Origin: Bdellovibrionales bacterium
Lineage (GTDB): Bacteria; Bdellovibrionota; Bdellovibrionia; Bdellovibrionales; JAMPXM01
NCBI GenBank assembly: GCA_043739185.1
Contig: JAYUEN010000100.1
Span: forward strand, 1-19,771
Direction of reading: 5' to 3'
Length of the DNA stretch: 19,771 bases
Every line of letters begins with the position of its first letter. Within the stretch, counting starts at the first letter, position 1. Shown here piece by piece: positions 6,011 to 15,335 of the stretch. The notes beneath the pieces were generated by a model, which saw only the letters and a list, made by a program, of their open reading frames with translations, searched no databases and was not told the DNA's origin. The translations under genes were made by a program, and so were the position numbers.

Positions 6011-6991
6011 TTAGAAACAACGATTGAAACTAACCGCGCTCGTTGAGCCATCTGTCGCGGTTAAAGTTCCTGATCCGCAAGCGCCTGTGAAGCTGAGGGT
6101 TTCAGACTTACCAACTAGTTTTGTACCTAGAGCGGTTGGGCTCACGTTTTGTCCTGCACTGAAAACTGTTGAAATGCTTCCGCCCACTGGCCAACAACAC
6201 ATATCTGTGTGAACGACGCTGTTGAAAGTAGAGGTGGCAATAACTTTCATTAAATTATGATAGACTTTCATTGTCCCGGTGGCAGTTCTTTGGCCTGTGG
6301 CTTCAACTAAAGTAAGGTTTCCTGAAACAGAGTGATCAAAGATTCCGGTTAAAGTAATGTGCTCGCCGATACTAAGGGCATTTCGTTTACCCGCTCCATC
6401 AAAGCTAACGGCCGAACCATAACCACCATTGTGAATTGCGGAGATTGTTACGCCATCAAAGTTTGAAAGATTCGCTGAACTATTATCAACGCTCGCTGTA
6501 TTAAGAGCACCAACCAAGCTGAGGCTTCCGGGAGTATTCGAGCTCACGGCACTTACAAACTGGCGATAAAGTGTTCCGTTGGCTCCAGGGTTTGGAAAGC
6601 TACCGCAGGCAGCACTTCCACTCGACATGGTAATTTCTTGCACACCTGTCCAAGTTGCGTAACCCGCAAATGAACAGCCCGCATAGTTAAGCCACATGGC
6701 ACTGCCACTCACGCTACAGTTTGAGTCTGTGCTTTTAAAAGTTGGACAGGTATTGCTGGCTACAGCACTCGGAATCATCGCACCTAAGAGCGAGGGCTTT
6801 TGAAAATTCATGCGCGCTTGCGTTCCACTTGAGCTTGAAGCTGAAAGTGCTCCGCCAACGACGCCGGCGGCTACACCTGAGGTAGAGGTATCAATACTTG
6901 CACCTGAATCGGCGACTTTACCGCAGCCCAATAGTAGGGCGGTAACACTAAGGGTGGAGAGAATCGTCGTAACTTTGACAATCGTTTTCAT
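6011..6991 (-). CDS. Cys-rich lipoprotein A (paralog of 4124-5134)
   Basis: GAGGAG RBS; lipobox LLG-C23; shares SSGSAACGSFP, YRQFV, GGYGSAV, FDHS, VYHNL, FNSVVH, CCWP and terminal RC with lipoprotein B. Confidence 0.88.
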   Translation of the reverse strand: MKTIVKVTTILSTLSVTALLLGCGKVADSGASIDTSTSGVAAGVVGGALSASSSSGTQARMNFQKPSLLGAMIPSAVASNTCPTFKSTDSNCSVSGSAMWLNYAGCSFAGYATWTGVQEITMSSGSAACGSFPNPGANGTLYRQFVSAVSSNTPGSLSLVGALNTASVDNSSANLSNFDGVTISAIHNGGYGSAVSFDGAGKRNALSIGEHITLTGIFDHSVSGNLTLVEATGQRTATGTMKVYHNLMKVIATSTFNSVVHTDMCCWPVGGSISTVFSAGQNVSPTALGTKLVGKSETLSFTGACGSGTLTATDGSTSAVSFNRCF

Positions 6992-7208
6992 AAATGCTCC
7001 TCAATTAAAATTAATTTTATATTTCAATAAACGGCCACAAATACATGATGCCACGTCTTGCCCGAAAAATAAACACAATTGATCTTGTTTGTGATCACCC
7101 AGCTTTAGTAAAATCTATATTTATGAGCATTATCAATAATATATCGGCAATATGTTTTTTAATTATTTTTATTTTCAGTGGTTGCGTGATCACTTTTTTG
7201 ACTTAAAG

Positions 7209-7224
7209 TGGTACGCTTTGAGCT
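7209..7224 (+). promoter_or_regulatory. Possible sigma54 -24/-12 promoter
   Basis: TGGTACGCTTTGAGCT has GG-N10-GC spacing; upstream of the secreted protein at 7325. Confidence 0.3.
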
Positions 7225-7324
7225 CATTTTCAAAATATGCATAATACCTTTTGCATAAGGAATTTTTCTTTATGCATCACATCATTTATATGTGGGGCCA
7301 ACCAACACACCCGAAAGGTATTTT

Positions 7325-7627
7325 ATGAAATCACTTGTCCTTTTCGTCGCGTTCCTACCATTTGCTTCTGCTCATGCCAATCCTCAAAGCTGTGCCGCCA
7401 CTGCGCTTACTTTGGCTGAAAACGCATACGGAAATTATATTCACGAAACCCGAACGAAAGTCCTTGTTCCTAACAAACAATATCTTGTAACCGTCGGTAT
7501 CGGTAATTATGAAGATGGTGCCCATACCTATCGAATTACGTTTCGCGATGCCTACTGCAAACCGAGCAATGTTCAGATTTGCGATACGACCCAACCTGGC
7601 TATGGCCCAAGTAACGACTGTAAGTAA
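7325..7627 (+). CDS. Small secreted hypothetical protein
   Basis: AAGG RBS; Sec signal MKSLVLFVAFLPFASAHA; 4 Cys in the mature part. Confidence 0.8.
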   Translation: MKSLVLFVAFLPFASAHANPQSCAATALTLAENAYGNYIHETRTKVLVPNKQYLVTVGIGNYEDGAHTYRITFRDAYCKPSNVQICDTTQPGYGPSNDCK

Positions 7628-7840
7628 AATTTTACTGTGGCGGCTGATTTAATATTGCCCGCCCAGTAAATTAATTTCCTTTCAATTTGATTTCTCTTTA
7701 TAAGGCGCATGCGTCTAAAATTGAGATCAGCTTTAACTCTTTTGACTCAATAATTGAAAGCCTACGCTTGCCTTTCCCCATTCAAGCTTCGTATCTTCTA
7801 TTTAACTTGTCTAACCTCACAACTTTGCATTGGATTCAAA

Positions 7841-8440
7841 ATGTCGGCAGAGCTCGAACAACTTTTGAAAAAACGTTTTATAACGATCTACTCAATTTGG
7901 GGGGCGATGCTTTTATCAATTTTTGTGTATGCGGGCGTTTGCTTCAAAGCGGTCGAAGTTCAATCCGACATCCCCGCTTCGAATCTTATGGATTGTTTTT
8001 CAAACCCAATGACTCAGGTTTTAGTATTGGTTTCAGTCGTTATTGGATTTTTGCATTTTTTTATTCCCCAATTTATTTTGAAGGCGCAGTTAACAGCAAC
8101 CCGCAGGCAAATAGATCTTTTATCTCATATGGAGGTTTTTAAGGGTCTACGCGGAAATGCGGTTTGGAGTGAGCAAGACTTGCAAATGGCAAAATCACTT
8201 TCACAAGAAGAATTGTTTTGTCTTGCGATGTTACCCAAATGGACAATTTGTTTTATTTTAAGCCTCGCTTTGGCAGAGAGCATTGTTGTTTTTGGCTTAG
8301 TCCTTTCATTTGTTTTTCATAGCTTTGCAATTGTCCTGCCCTTTGCCAGCGCCGGAGTATTTTTATTTCTCTTGCGTTTTCCTCGGCCCGAAAAATTTTT
8401 CACCGATATAAATTCCTGGCTTAAATTGCCTCAGCCGTAA
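7841..8440 (+). CDS. Integral membrane hypothetical protein (about 4 TM)
   Basis: Four long hydrophobic segments; start assumed at ATG 7841 (MSAEL); 20 nt upstream of the GGDEF gene. Confidence 0.75.
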   Translation: MSAELEQLLKKRFITIYSIWGAMLLSIFVYAGVCFKAVEVQSDIPASNLMDCFSNPMTQVLVLVSVVIGFLHFFIPQFILKAQLTATRRQIDLLSHMEVFKGLRGNAVWSEQDLQMAKSLSQEELFCLAMLPKWTICFILSLALAESIVVFGLVLSFVFHSFAIVLPFASAGVFLFLLRFPRPEKFFTDINSWLKLPQP

Positions 8441-8460
8441 ATGCCTGGAGCCGCAATCAA

Positions 8461-9549
8461 ATGCCAATAAAAAAACTTCACCCTTGGTTAATTCGGCGAC
8501 TTGAAAAAATGAAGCTTTTAAGTAAGTTCGGCTTATTACAAAAAGCTTTAACCCACAAACAATGCCAAGATTTACTCGCCAAAGTAAATCAAGACTACAT
8601 TAAGCTTCAACGCCGGCTTGATGATGCTCAAGTGCAATTTGAACGACTCAAAGTCATTGTAGACAATACTCCTTGTACAATTTCGTGGATAAATGACAAG
8701 CTCGAATACGAGGGCATTAACGACACCCTCCTTCGTCTGACAGGCTTAAAGCGCGAAAAATATCTCGGAAAACCAATTGGGTTTCAGACCAAAGATAAAT
8801 ACTTTTTTAATTTTGCAAAAGAATTATTTACGTCACCAGATAAAACTCTGCAAAAAGAGCTCGCGTCTTCAATTGGTGGTGAAGAAAAGTATTTTTGGGT
8901 CGTCGGTAGCAAATATTCAGAAGGCACCGGCGCTGTCATTATTGGTGTTGAAACCACCGCACTCAAGCACGCCGAAATGAAATTGAAGAATGTTGAAAAG
9001 CTAATAGATATCGATGATCTCACCGGGCTTTTTAATATGCGCTCAATGTACGAAAAGCTAGAGCATGAGTTGGCCCGAGGGCAAAGGTTTGGCCATTCAA
9101 CTGCTGTTGTCATGTTTGATATGGATCATTTTAAAAGTGTAAATGACAACAATGACCATCTCTTCGGAAGCTTTGTTTTGCGCGAAATGGGGCAGATAAT
9201 TAAAAGTCATGTCCGTGCCGTTGATTTTGCTGCTCGCTATGGTGGTGATGAGTTCATGATCATTCTTCCTCAAGCAACCCAGTCTGGCGTTGAAAGTTTT
9301 TGCGAACGCTTGCGAAAAAGCATTGAAAATACATTATTTAAAAACGAGCACTATCAGATTAAGTTGACCGCGAGCTTTGGCTATTCATTTTGCAATCCGG
9401 GGGAGCAAAATCTCAACTCCAAAATATTAATTCGCGTTGCCGACTTCGCCCTATACGGAGCTAAGAATGGCGGGCGCAATAAGGTTTGTGGTATTACTCA
9501 AAGCTCTCAGCCTGAAAAGTTTTTTCCGGACTATAAAATTAATTTCTAA
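8461..9549 (+). CDS. PAS-GGDEF diguanylate cyclase
   Basis: Coiled coil, PAS-like region (IVDNTP...IND...LTGLKREKYLGK), DDLTGLFN, DMDHFKSVND, RxxD I-site (RAVD), intact GGDEF, ADFALYGAKNGGRN. Start could be 8509. Confidence 0.95.
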   Translation: MPIKKLHPWLIRRLEKMKLLSKFGLLQKALTHKQCQDLLAKVNQDYIKLQRRLDDAQVQFERLKVIVDNTPCTISWINDKLEYEGINDTLLRLTGLKREKYLGKPIGFQTKDKYFFNFAKELFTSPDKTLQKELASSIGGEEKYFWVVGSKYSEGTGAVIIGVETTALKHAEMKLKNVEKLIDIDDLTGLFNMRSMYEKLEHELARGQRFGHSTAVVMFDMDHFKSVNDNNDHLFGSFVLREMGQIIKSHVRAVDFAARYGGDEFMIILPQATQSGVESFCERLRKSIENTLFKNEHYQIKLTASFGYSFCNPGEQNLNSKILIRVADFALYGAKNGGRNKVCGITQSSQPEKFFPDYKINF

Positions 9550-9605
9550 AAGGAGCGCGTTCACGCCGCCCCCTCAATATGCTCACTTTGCCAAGCTAAT
9601 TTTTT

Positions 9606-10016
9606 TTAAAAGCGTTTTAGCTCACATACTTTTTGAGTCCAGGCCTTTGCATTTGCCGATTTCAAACTAATAGCGATTTTATTTGGAGCCCATCCTCGAT
9701 AAATATTTTGAAGATCTTCGGCGCTCATTGTAAATACACCGCCAACATAACACTGATTTGGATCAATTTTGAAGCTGGCTACTGGACTTCCGGGTGCCGC
9801 TTGTAAATATATGTTAGAGATCGAACCCATATCTGCATTTTCACAGCGCTGACCTTCACCGTAATAAGCGCCCGCGCTTTTATCATTTAGAATTGTTGCA
9901 CCAAGGCCCAATGAAAAGCCATGACACTCATAGGTCGATGCTGCGGGTGATGCCAGAGCCGAAAGAGAAAGTAAACTCGTGGCCAAAATAATTAAAGAGG
10001 CAAAAATATTTTTCAT
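9606..10016 (-). CDS. Secreted hypothetical protein
   Basis: AAGGA RBS; signal peptide ending SALA; 4 Cys. Confidence 0.8.
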   Translation of the reverse strand: MKNIFASLIILATSLLSLSALASPAASTYECHGFSLGLGATILNDKSAGAYYGEGQRCENADMGSISNIYLQAAPGSPVASFKIDPNQCYVGGVFTMSAEDLQNIYRGWAPNKIAISLKSANAKAWTQKVCELKRF

Positions 10017-10131
10017 AATTTATCCTTTCGAGATAAGCATTGATTTGTTGCGACAACTTACGTGAAGTCTTCGCAAAGCAAAACCAGCCAGAGTGAAATT
10101 TAATATTCAACCGGGGTATAATTGAGCTCGT

Positions 10132-10785
10132 TTAGCACTTGGTCCCAAGCACACAAAGAAATTTTCTGAAACAAAATGAACTGGTTACTGTGAGCCTATG
10201 CGCACTCAAGCATGCTTCAATTTCATTGCAAGTGTGAAAGTAAAGATCGTCCTTTGAACTCTGCCCTTCTTTATCATGTGAAAATCCTTCAAAGTGAGCA
10301 CCTCTTCTTGAATGATTCTTGTAGGCGGACGCCCAAGCCGAAATGAGCTCTGGGTTGGCGGTTACAATTAAAAACTTTGCTTTGTGTTTTAAGACTCTAC
10401 TGAGTTCTTTAGCGGCTCTATCTTGATCTGAAAGTAACTGCCAAGTATTCACCGAAAATGCTGCATCAAATGTCGACGAAGCGAATGGCAACTCATAGGC
10501 GTTTCCAAAAATAAATTTTCTATTTTCACATCCAAAAAGTTGATTGGCTCGATTGAGTAAAAATTGTGATGGCTCTACACCCGTATAGAATCTTTTTTCT
10601 AAATTAATTTTATCAGAGCAAACGCCTTGGCCAGAACCTATATCAACTATGTTGACTGGATTAACATCCCTGATCCATTCCCTTAAAATGGGATATAGAT
10701 CTTTTTCGCGAATACTGCTGTGTTCTCCTTCGATAGTTTCAATCCACTCGCGCGCTGCTTGTTCACTAAAGTTTTTATCGTCCAT
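10132..10785 (-). CDS. Class I SAM-dependent methyltransferase
   Basis: Motif I VDIGSGQG, GVEPS, GNAYELPFASSTFDAAFS, ELSRVLK. Confidence 0.9.
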   Translation of the reverse strand: MDDKNFSEQAAREWIETIEGEHSSIREKDLYPILREWIRDVNPVNIVDIGSGQGVCSDKINLEKRFYTGVEPSQFLLNRANQLFGCENRKFIFGNAYELPFASSTFDAAFSVNTWQLLSDQDRAAKELSRVLKHKAKFLIVTANPELISAWASAYKNHSRRGAHFEGFSHDKEGQSSKDDLYFHTCNEIEACLSAHRLTVTSSFCFRKFLCVLGTKC

Positions 10786-11288
10786 TTCGGTATTTTAGCG
10801 TTTCTCTTTGCCGCAGAATAGTCAAATCTTCGCTTCTTGCCATACCAAAGTATCACGAGTTTTTAGCCTTCGTTGTCGAAAAGCTTGTTGCTAATAATAA
10901 AACCATTTCATTTAATTACAATGAAGTGGCCTTTCCTGAGGCCCTGGCGCCACGACTCTTTCCTAGCAATCTTGAGCCTTAAAAGGCCAATGCACTTAAA
11001 ACGCTTAACTCAATACCAAAAGAACCTATCCGGTACCCCCCCCCACATTTTTCTAAATTTTATAGTAGTCTCGAAGCACTTTATAATTCTTTAGGGACAA
11101 AAACCCTGCCCAAAATGACTTTAGACTTTTTGCAATCTGCAGAGCCAAAGCGCCTCAATTAACTTGATTGGAAAGAGGTATTTCCACAGCTACAAGCATA
11201 AAGTTCAATGTTGTTTGTGCCTTGAAGAATTGATTATACTTTACTATGGCTTTGACCCTCGCATTTTCAAATGTTAGCTCTAAAAAGC

Positions 11289-11783
11289 ATGAAAAAATTG
11301 TTTTTTTCGCTACTCCTACTCAGCTCTTGTGCTTCAGAATATAAGGGTCCAAAGCCGGACTTTAGTTTGCGTGGCGAGCTGGCAAAAAAAGAAATCGAAA
11401 ATTTTAGCTTAAATGAATCCTATTGGCATCAAAGTAGGCTTGCCCTGTGCATGGGCCCGGCAAATAGATACTACTCCGAAGAATCCATTGAATCGCTGAT
11501 AAAAGAAACCTCGCCATCGGCTATTGCGAAACTTGAAGGCAGCCGTAGACTTGCAAGCTGGTGGTGGCTTCCTTATTCGGCCGCAGTTGCCATTCTGCTT
11601 GTTGATATCAACAATCAGAATTTTGATAGCGCCAGCCAGTCGGCTTTTTATACATTACTCGGCACCTCTGTTGTCATTTCAATCGTCGAGCTTAATATGC
11701 GAGCGGAGGCTGCCGAAATTTACAATCGGGATTTAAAAAATCGCTTCACTCCAATGTTGAGCTTCAGATACTCCCTACCTTAA
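11289..11783 (+). CDS. Hypothetical lipoprotein with two internal hydrophobic segments
   Basis: MKKLFFSLLLLSS-C lipobox from ATG 11289; two hydrophobic stretches; C-terminal amphipathic strand PMLSFRYSLP. Confidence 0.75.
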   Translation: MKKLFFSLLLLSSCASEYKGPKPDFSLRGELAKKEIENFSLNESYWHQSRLALCMGPANRYYSEESIESLIKETSPSAIAKLEGSRRLASWWWLPYSAAVAILLVDINNQNFDSASQSAFYTLLGTSVVISIVELNMRAEAAEIYNRDLKNRFTPMLSFRYSLP

Positions 11784-11911
11784 AAGAAAGGGGCTTTTTT
11801 AAAAGAGCTCTATTTTGAAACTCTTCGGCGTCTTTAAGTTGGCGGAGGCGAAAAGCCTCTAACACTCTTATTCGTTGATGCCACTTTTCTTTCGTGATTT
11901 GATATCGTGAT

Positions 11912-12793
11912 ATGAAAACACTTTTATATATTGTCGCTGTTAGTCTTTTTTTATCAAATGCCGTAGCACAACCTGATTGCACCTTAGCTCAAGTCAAAGA
12001 GTCCCGAGGAAAGTTTAAAAAACTATTTGATAAAAAAGAATATAAGGCGGCCCGAGAAGTTTACGCTGCTCTCGATCAGCAGTGTTCTTTACTGCCCGAT
12101 CCTGAAGATAAACTTAAGACGAGCGAACATTATTATTGGATCGAAAGTGAACGGGCCCTGAGCTTTTTTAAAGAAGGTGATTTAAAAAATTGCCTTCAAT
12201 CACTGGCGCCACTGCTGCGACCATCGGGCATTGTGGGTTATGAACAAAATGGAATCAGTTCTGAGTCGGCAGTATATAAGGCAATCGAGAATAACAATAA
12301 CCTCTGTGAAAAGGCCACTACGAGTGAGTCGGAGCACTTCAGCAAAAAGCCTTGTCCGCTGCCTGGAATGCCAAAGTTGACTTTGGCAAGCGTTGAGCTT
12401 CCGGCCAAAGAGAATCAGTCAAAAGTTTGTTTGCTTTTGATTGAAGCGAAAATGGGTAGATCCTACTATTTAAAAGACGATGCCGATGATCCTAAACAAG
12501 CCGAAGCCTGTCCTAATATAGTTTTGGCAATTCAGAAATCAGATAAGTTAGAATTGAAATCCTTGAAAGTTAAAGAAGACGATGGCCCCTTAGGCGAAAT
12601 CACTTCGTGCTGTGGCCTCATTAAGTTAGGCTATCAAAAAGTAAAAGAGAATGAGTTAATCGAGCTCAGCGCAGAGTCAGAACAAGGTCCTTGCGGCGGA
12701 CACGGTACGGCTCGATTTACACCCGCAGCAACCTATAAGCTGAGGGGCGATCAATTGAAATTATTAAAAGATAATACCGTATCTTCTCACTGA
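11912..12793 (+). CDS. Secreted Cys-rich hypothetical protein
   Basis: Signal peptide ending AVA; helical N-terminal half and beta-rich C-terminal half; many Cys including a CC pair. Confidence 0.82.
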   Translation: MKTLLYIVAVSLFLSNAVAQPDCTLAQVKESRGKFKKLFDKKEYKAAREVYAALDQQCSLLPDPEDKLKTSEHYYWIESERALSFFKEGDLKNCLQSLAPLLRPSGIVGYEQNGISSESAVYKAIENNNNLCEKATTSESEHFSKKPCPLPGMPKLTLASVELPAKENQSKVCLLLIEAKMGRSYYLKDDADDPKQAEACPNIVLAIQKSDKLELKSLKVKEDDGPLGEITSCCGLIKLGYQKVKENELIELSAESEQGPCGGHGTARFTPAATYKLRGDQLKLLKDNTVSSH

Positions 12794-12937
12794 AGGTATC
12801 AATTTATCCTTATTTAGCTGGAACGATACTTGCATTTTCTTGATTTTAGAAAGTTTTGCATTCGATTTGCAAAAAATCTCTTAAACGACTACTACAAAAC
12901 GGCACCAGCAATGGCCAGCAATGGAGAAAGACGCAAT

Positions 12938-15211
12938 ATGAAATATCGAAGCTCGCTTTTAATTTTAGGTCTTATGGTTTTTTTTACAAACGCAGTGGCG
13001 CTTGCCTGCAATGACTATTTTGTCTGCGCTCCGACCGATCCGTGGCGACATACGGTTGATGAAGCACAATTCACTAATATATATCTTTATCCCAATCCAG
13101 AAACTCAAAGCTGGAATCAATATACTGCCAAAACCCTAGCCCAACCGGCGGGCTCTCCGGCGATGACAACTCAAAATATCGATGGGGCCGTTAACTCTCT
13201 CGTTGGTGACTCCAATTATTTTTACGCCGCTACTCAATATCATAAAATCAATATTCCGAGCTTCTTGGGGCATCAACGTACATACGCGCTGTGCATGGCT
13301 AAAGTAATGGACTACGCTCGAACGCATAATAATGTCTTGTCTCGAGAAGTAATTGCTGATTTTGTCGGCTGCCAAAACGGGGGAGAAATGCCCTCAAACC
13401 AAGTCAATGTGATCTTGAGTCCTGAATTCACGGCAACGATTGATGTACACACGACGATCAATATTCCGCCCTTTGATCCTATCCAAATAAATATCATGAC
13501 TCAGCCCGCGGCCTGCCCACCAAACTCAAATACGGTTGCCTTCCACACATGGCAATTTGGCACTGCCAATTTCACTGTTATCCCGACGATGTGCAATAGC
13601 AGCTTAGATAATTTAGTGCAGTCGATTTCGCACGAAATGGTTGAATTGATTTCAGATCCTGCCGGTCTCGGATATGTTTATGTGCCTGGTGGAGGAGATC
13701 AAATCGCATCGCTTCCCTTCAATAATAAATTTCTCAATACCGGTGAACTCGGAGACATCTGCGAAAAAGGCGGTATCGCAAACGCCAGTTCCGATCCGAA
13801 TATCGCTTTTGTCAAAATGCCGCATTCAAATGTCCGCGCTTCTCGTTACTGGTCAAATGCAGATCGCAGCTGTCAACCCGCGATAATGGTTGGCGGACAA
13901 GATCTTTTGGTCAACGATACCCACGCGCGGCGCCTCGGGAGCGGCGGTGGAATGCAATCCAATCTAGATTACAAAGCGCCATTTTTGCACGGAAAGCCCG
14001 ATCAGCTAATTCGGCAACTCATGTTTTATAGCAAAACAACTGACGACAATCTCTGTCATCAAAGCAGTCTCGACGTTAAGCTCTTTTTGACTGGTGGCCG
14101 ACCTCCTATCGTATTTAACCACATCAATAATGTTCAATATGCAGGTTCATGGGACAATAACGAAGATCATGGATTGAATTTGAATGTTAAACCGGGTTTA
14201 AGAATTAAAGACATTGATCACATCAATGTTCATATTCAGTCTGGTCATTGCAATAACCTTCCGACGGACGGTGATGACGCTTGGAATGTAAATCGAATTG
14301 CTATTTATGCATCTCTTTCATCTGATCTTGGTACCACACCAGTTCTTTCGATGGATAATCCAGTGCCGAGTATTTTTAGTCCGTCGTTGATGCCGCAAAG
14401 TCTCGTCGTCAAGCCTGGCAATGCGATACCAATTTTGGCAAAGGGCTTTTCTTTAGGCTATAATGACCTGGTGACTTTAACTTGGAATGAAACGGCTTCT
14501 CCTGATGTCATCAAAACAATAATTCGCGGAGCTCCGGGGGGCCAGATAAGTATTGATCGACAAGCAGGAGACGGATTAAAATCCTACCTTGTCACCGGAA
14601 TTCCTGCCAATACCCAATCTAGCTTTCAAATCGCCAACTGTGCTAGTGACGGCTGTACGCCTTATAGCAATATTGTGAAATATAAAACGGCTGCTGCTCT
14701 TCCCCTAAAGGGCGAATTGTATTTAACACAAGGATCAACGCGAGTTGATATTGGGCCCGCGAATATCAGTAGCGGTAGTTTCAATTTGAATCCAATTATT
14801 CCATTCAATACGACCCCCGGTACATACCGAATTGTCCTCAATCGAAATAACTACGACGAAGCAACTTCGCCACCCTTTCAGGTCGTCACTGGTGCAGCCG
14901 CAGATTCGCCACAACTTTATATTGTAGTCGATGCGAAGTCGGGATTGCTCACCCAAGATGGCGGCGTGACCATTGGTGGGACGCTCGCCGTGAGAGGCAT
15001 GAAATTCCTCCCATTTGGCATTGTCGAAATTCATTTGGATAGCCCAACAGGACAGATGCTCGTTAATGGCATCGTCGTGCAGAACGGACAATTCGACCTC
15101 AGCTTTAAATTCCCTGTTCTCGGAAGACATAAGATTTTCGCAGTCGAACAAATGGGCTCAACTCAAAACCAAGCCTTTGCGACGGTGACTTCTGGTCCGA
15201 TTATACATTAA
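12938..15211 (+). CDS. Large secreted multidomain protein: Phi-1/EXORDIUM-like HExxE domain plus beta-sandwich, FN3-like and Ig-like domains
   Basis: GGAG RBS and signal peptide from ATG 12938; SHEMVELISDP...GELGDIC...YWSNADRSC motif set; FN3-like TLTW...YLVTGIPANT...FQIANC...YSNIV. Confidence 0.85.
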   Translation: MKYRSSLLILGLMVFFTNAVALACNDYFVCAPTDPWRHTVDEAQFTNIYLYPNPETQSWNQYTAKTLAQPAGSPAMTTQNIDGAVNSLVGDSNYFYAATQYHKINIPSFLGHQRTYALCMAKVMDYARTHNNVLSREVIADFVGCQNGGEMPSNQVNVILSPEFTATIDVHTTINIPPFDPIQINIMTQPAACPPNSNTVAFHTWQFGTANFTVIPTMCNSSLDNLVQSISHEMVELISDPAGLGYVYVPGGGDQIASLPFNNKFLNTGELGDICEKGGIANASSDPNIAFVKMPHSNVRASRYWSNADRSCQPAIMVGGQDLLVNDTHARRLGSGGGMQSNLDYKAPFLHGKPDQLIRQLMFYSKTTDDNLCHQSSLDVKLFLTGGRPPIVFNHINNVQYAGSWDNNEDHGLNLNVKPGLRIKDIDHINVHIQSGHCNNLPTDGDDAWNVNRIAIYASLSSDLGTTPVLSMDNPVPSIFSPSLMPQSLVVKPGNAIPILAKGFSLGYNDLVTLTWNETASPDVIKTIIRGAPGGQISIDRQAGDGLKSYLVTGIPANTQSSFQIANCASDGCTPYSNIVKYKTAAALPLKGELYLTQGSTRVDIGPANISSGSFNLNPIIPFNTTPGTYRIVLNRNNYDEATSPPFQVVTGAAADSPQLYIVVDAKSGLLTQDGGVTIGGTLAVRGMKFLPFGIVEIHLDSPTGQMLVNGIVVQNGQFDLSFKFPVLGRHKIFAVEQMGSTQNQAFATVTSGPIIH

Positions 15212-15232
15212 GAAGGCCTAACAAATATCCCC

Positions 15233-15264
15233 GGCTGGAGCGCTCTTCCTAAGCGCCTCCAGCC
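15233..15264 (+). terminator. Hairpin after the large secreted protein
   Basis: GGCTGGAG-CGCT...AGCG-c-CTCCAGCC inverted repeat 22 nt after the stop; poor U tract. Confidence 0.55.
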
Positions 15265-15335
15265 AATTCATCGAAGGCTTCGCTGATATCAACTCATTAC
15301 TTTACTCGAGCTTGTTTTAAATATTAAAATGGGCA

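Noticed and set aside
4124..6991. Lipoprotein paralogs as a diversity-generating retroelement TR/VR pair or an invertible cassette
   Set aside because: No reverse transcriptase or recombinase nearby; divergence is spread over the whole genes, not adenine-specific; both copies are co-oriented intact genes.
7687..8142. 151-aa plus-strand ORF overlapping the membrane protein in another frame
   Set aside because: TTG start without RBS and non-protein-like composition; the 7841-8440 frame has a coherent TM pattern.
10873..11094. 73-aa ORF in the intergenic gap
   Set aside because: No RBS, runs through a poly-C tract, no recognisable features.
12900..12916. GGCAC sigma54-like motif before the large secreted gene
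   Set aside because: GG-to-GC spacing is 11 rather than the required 10.
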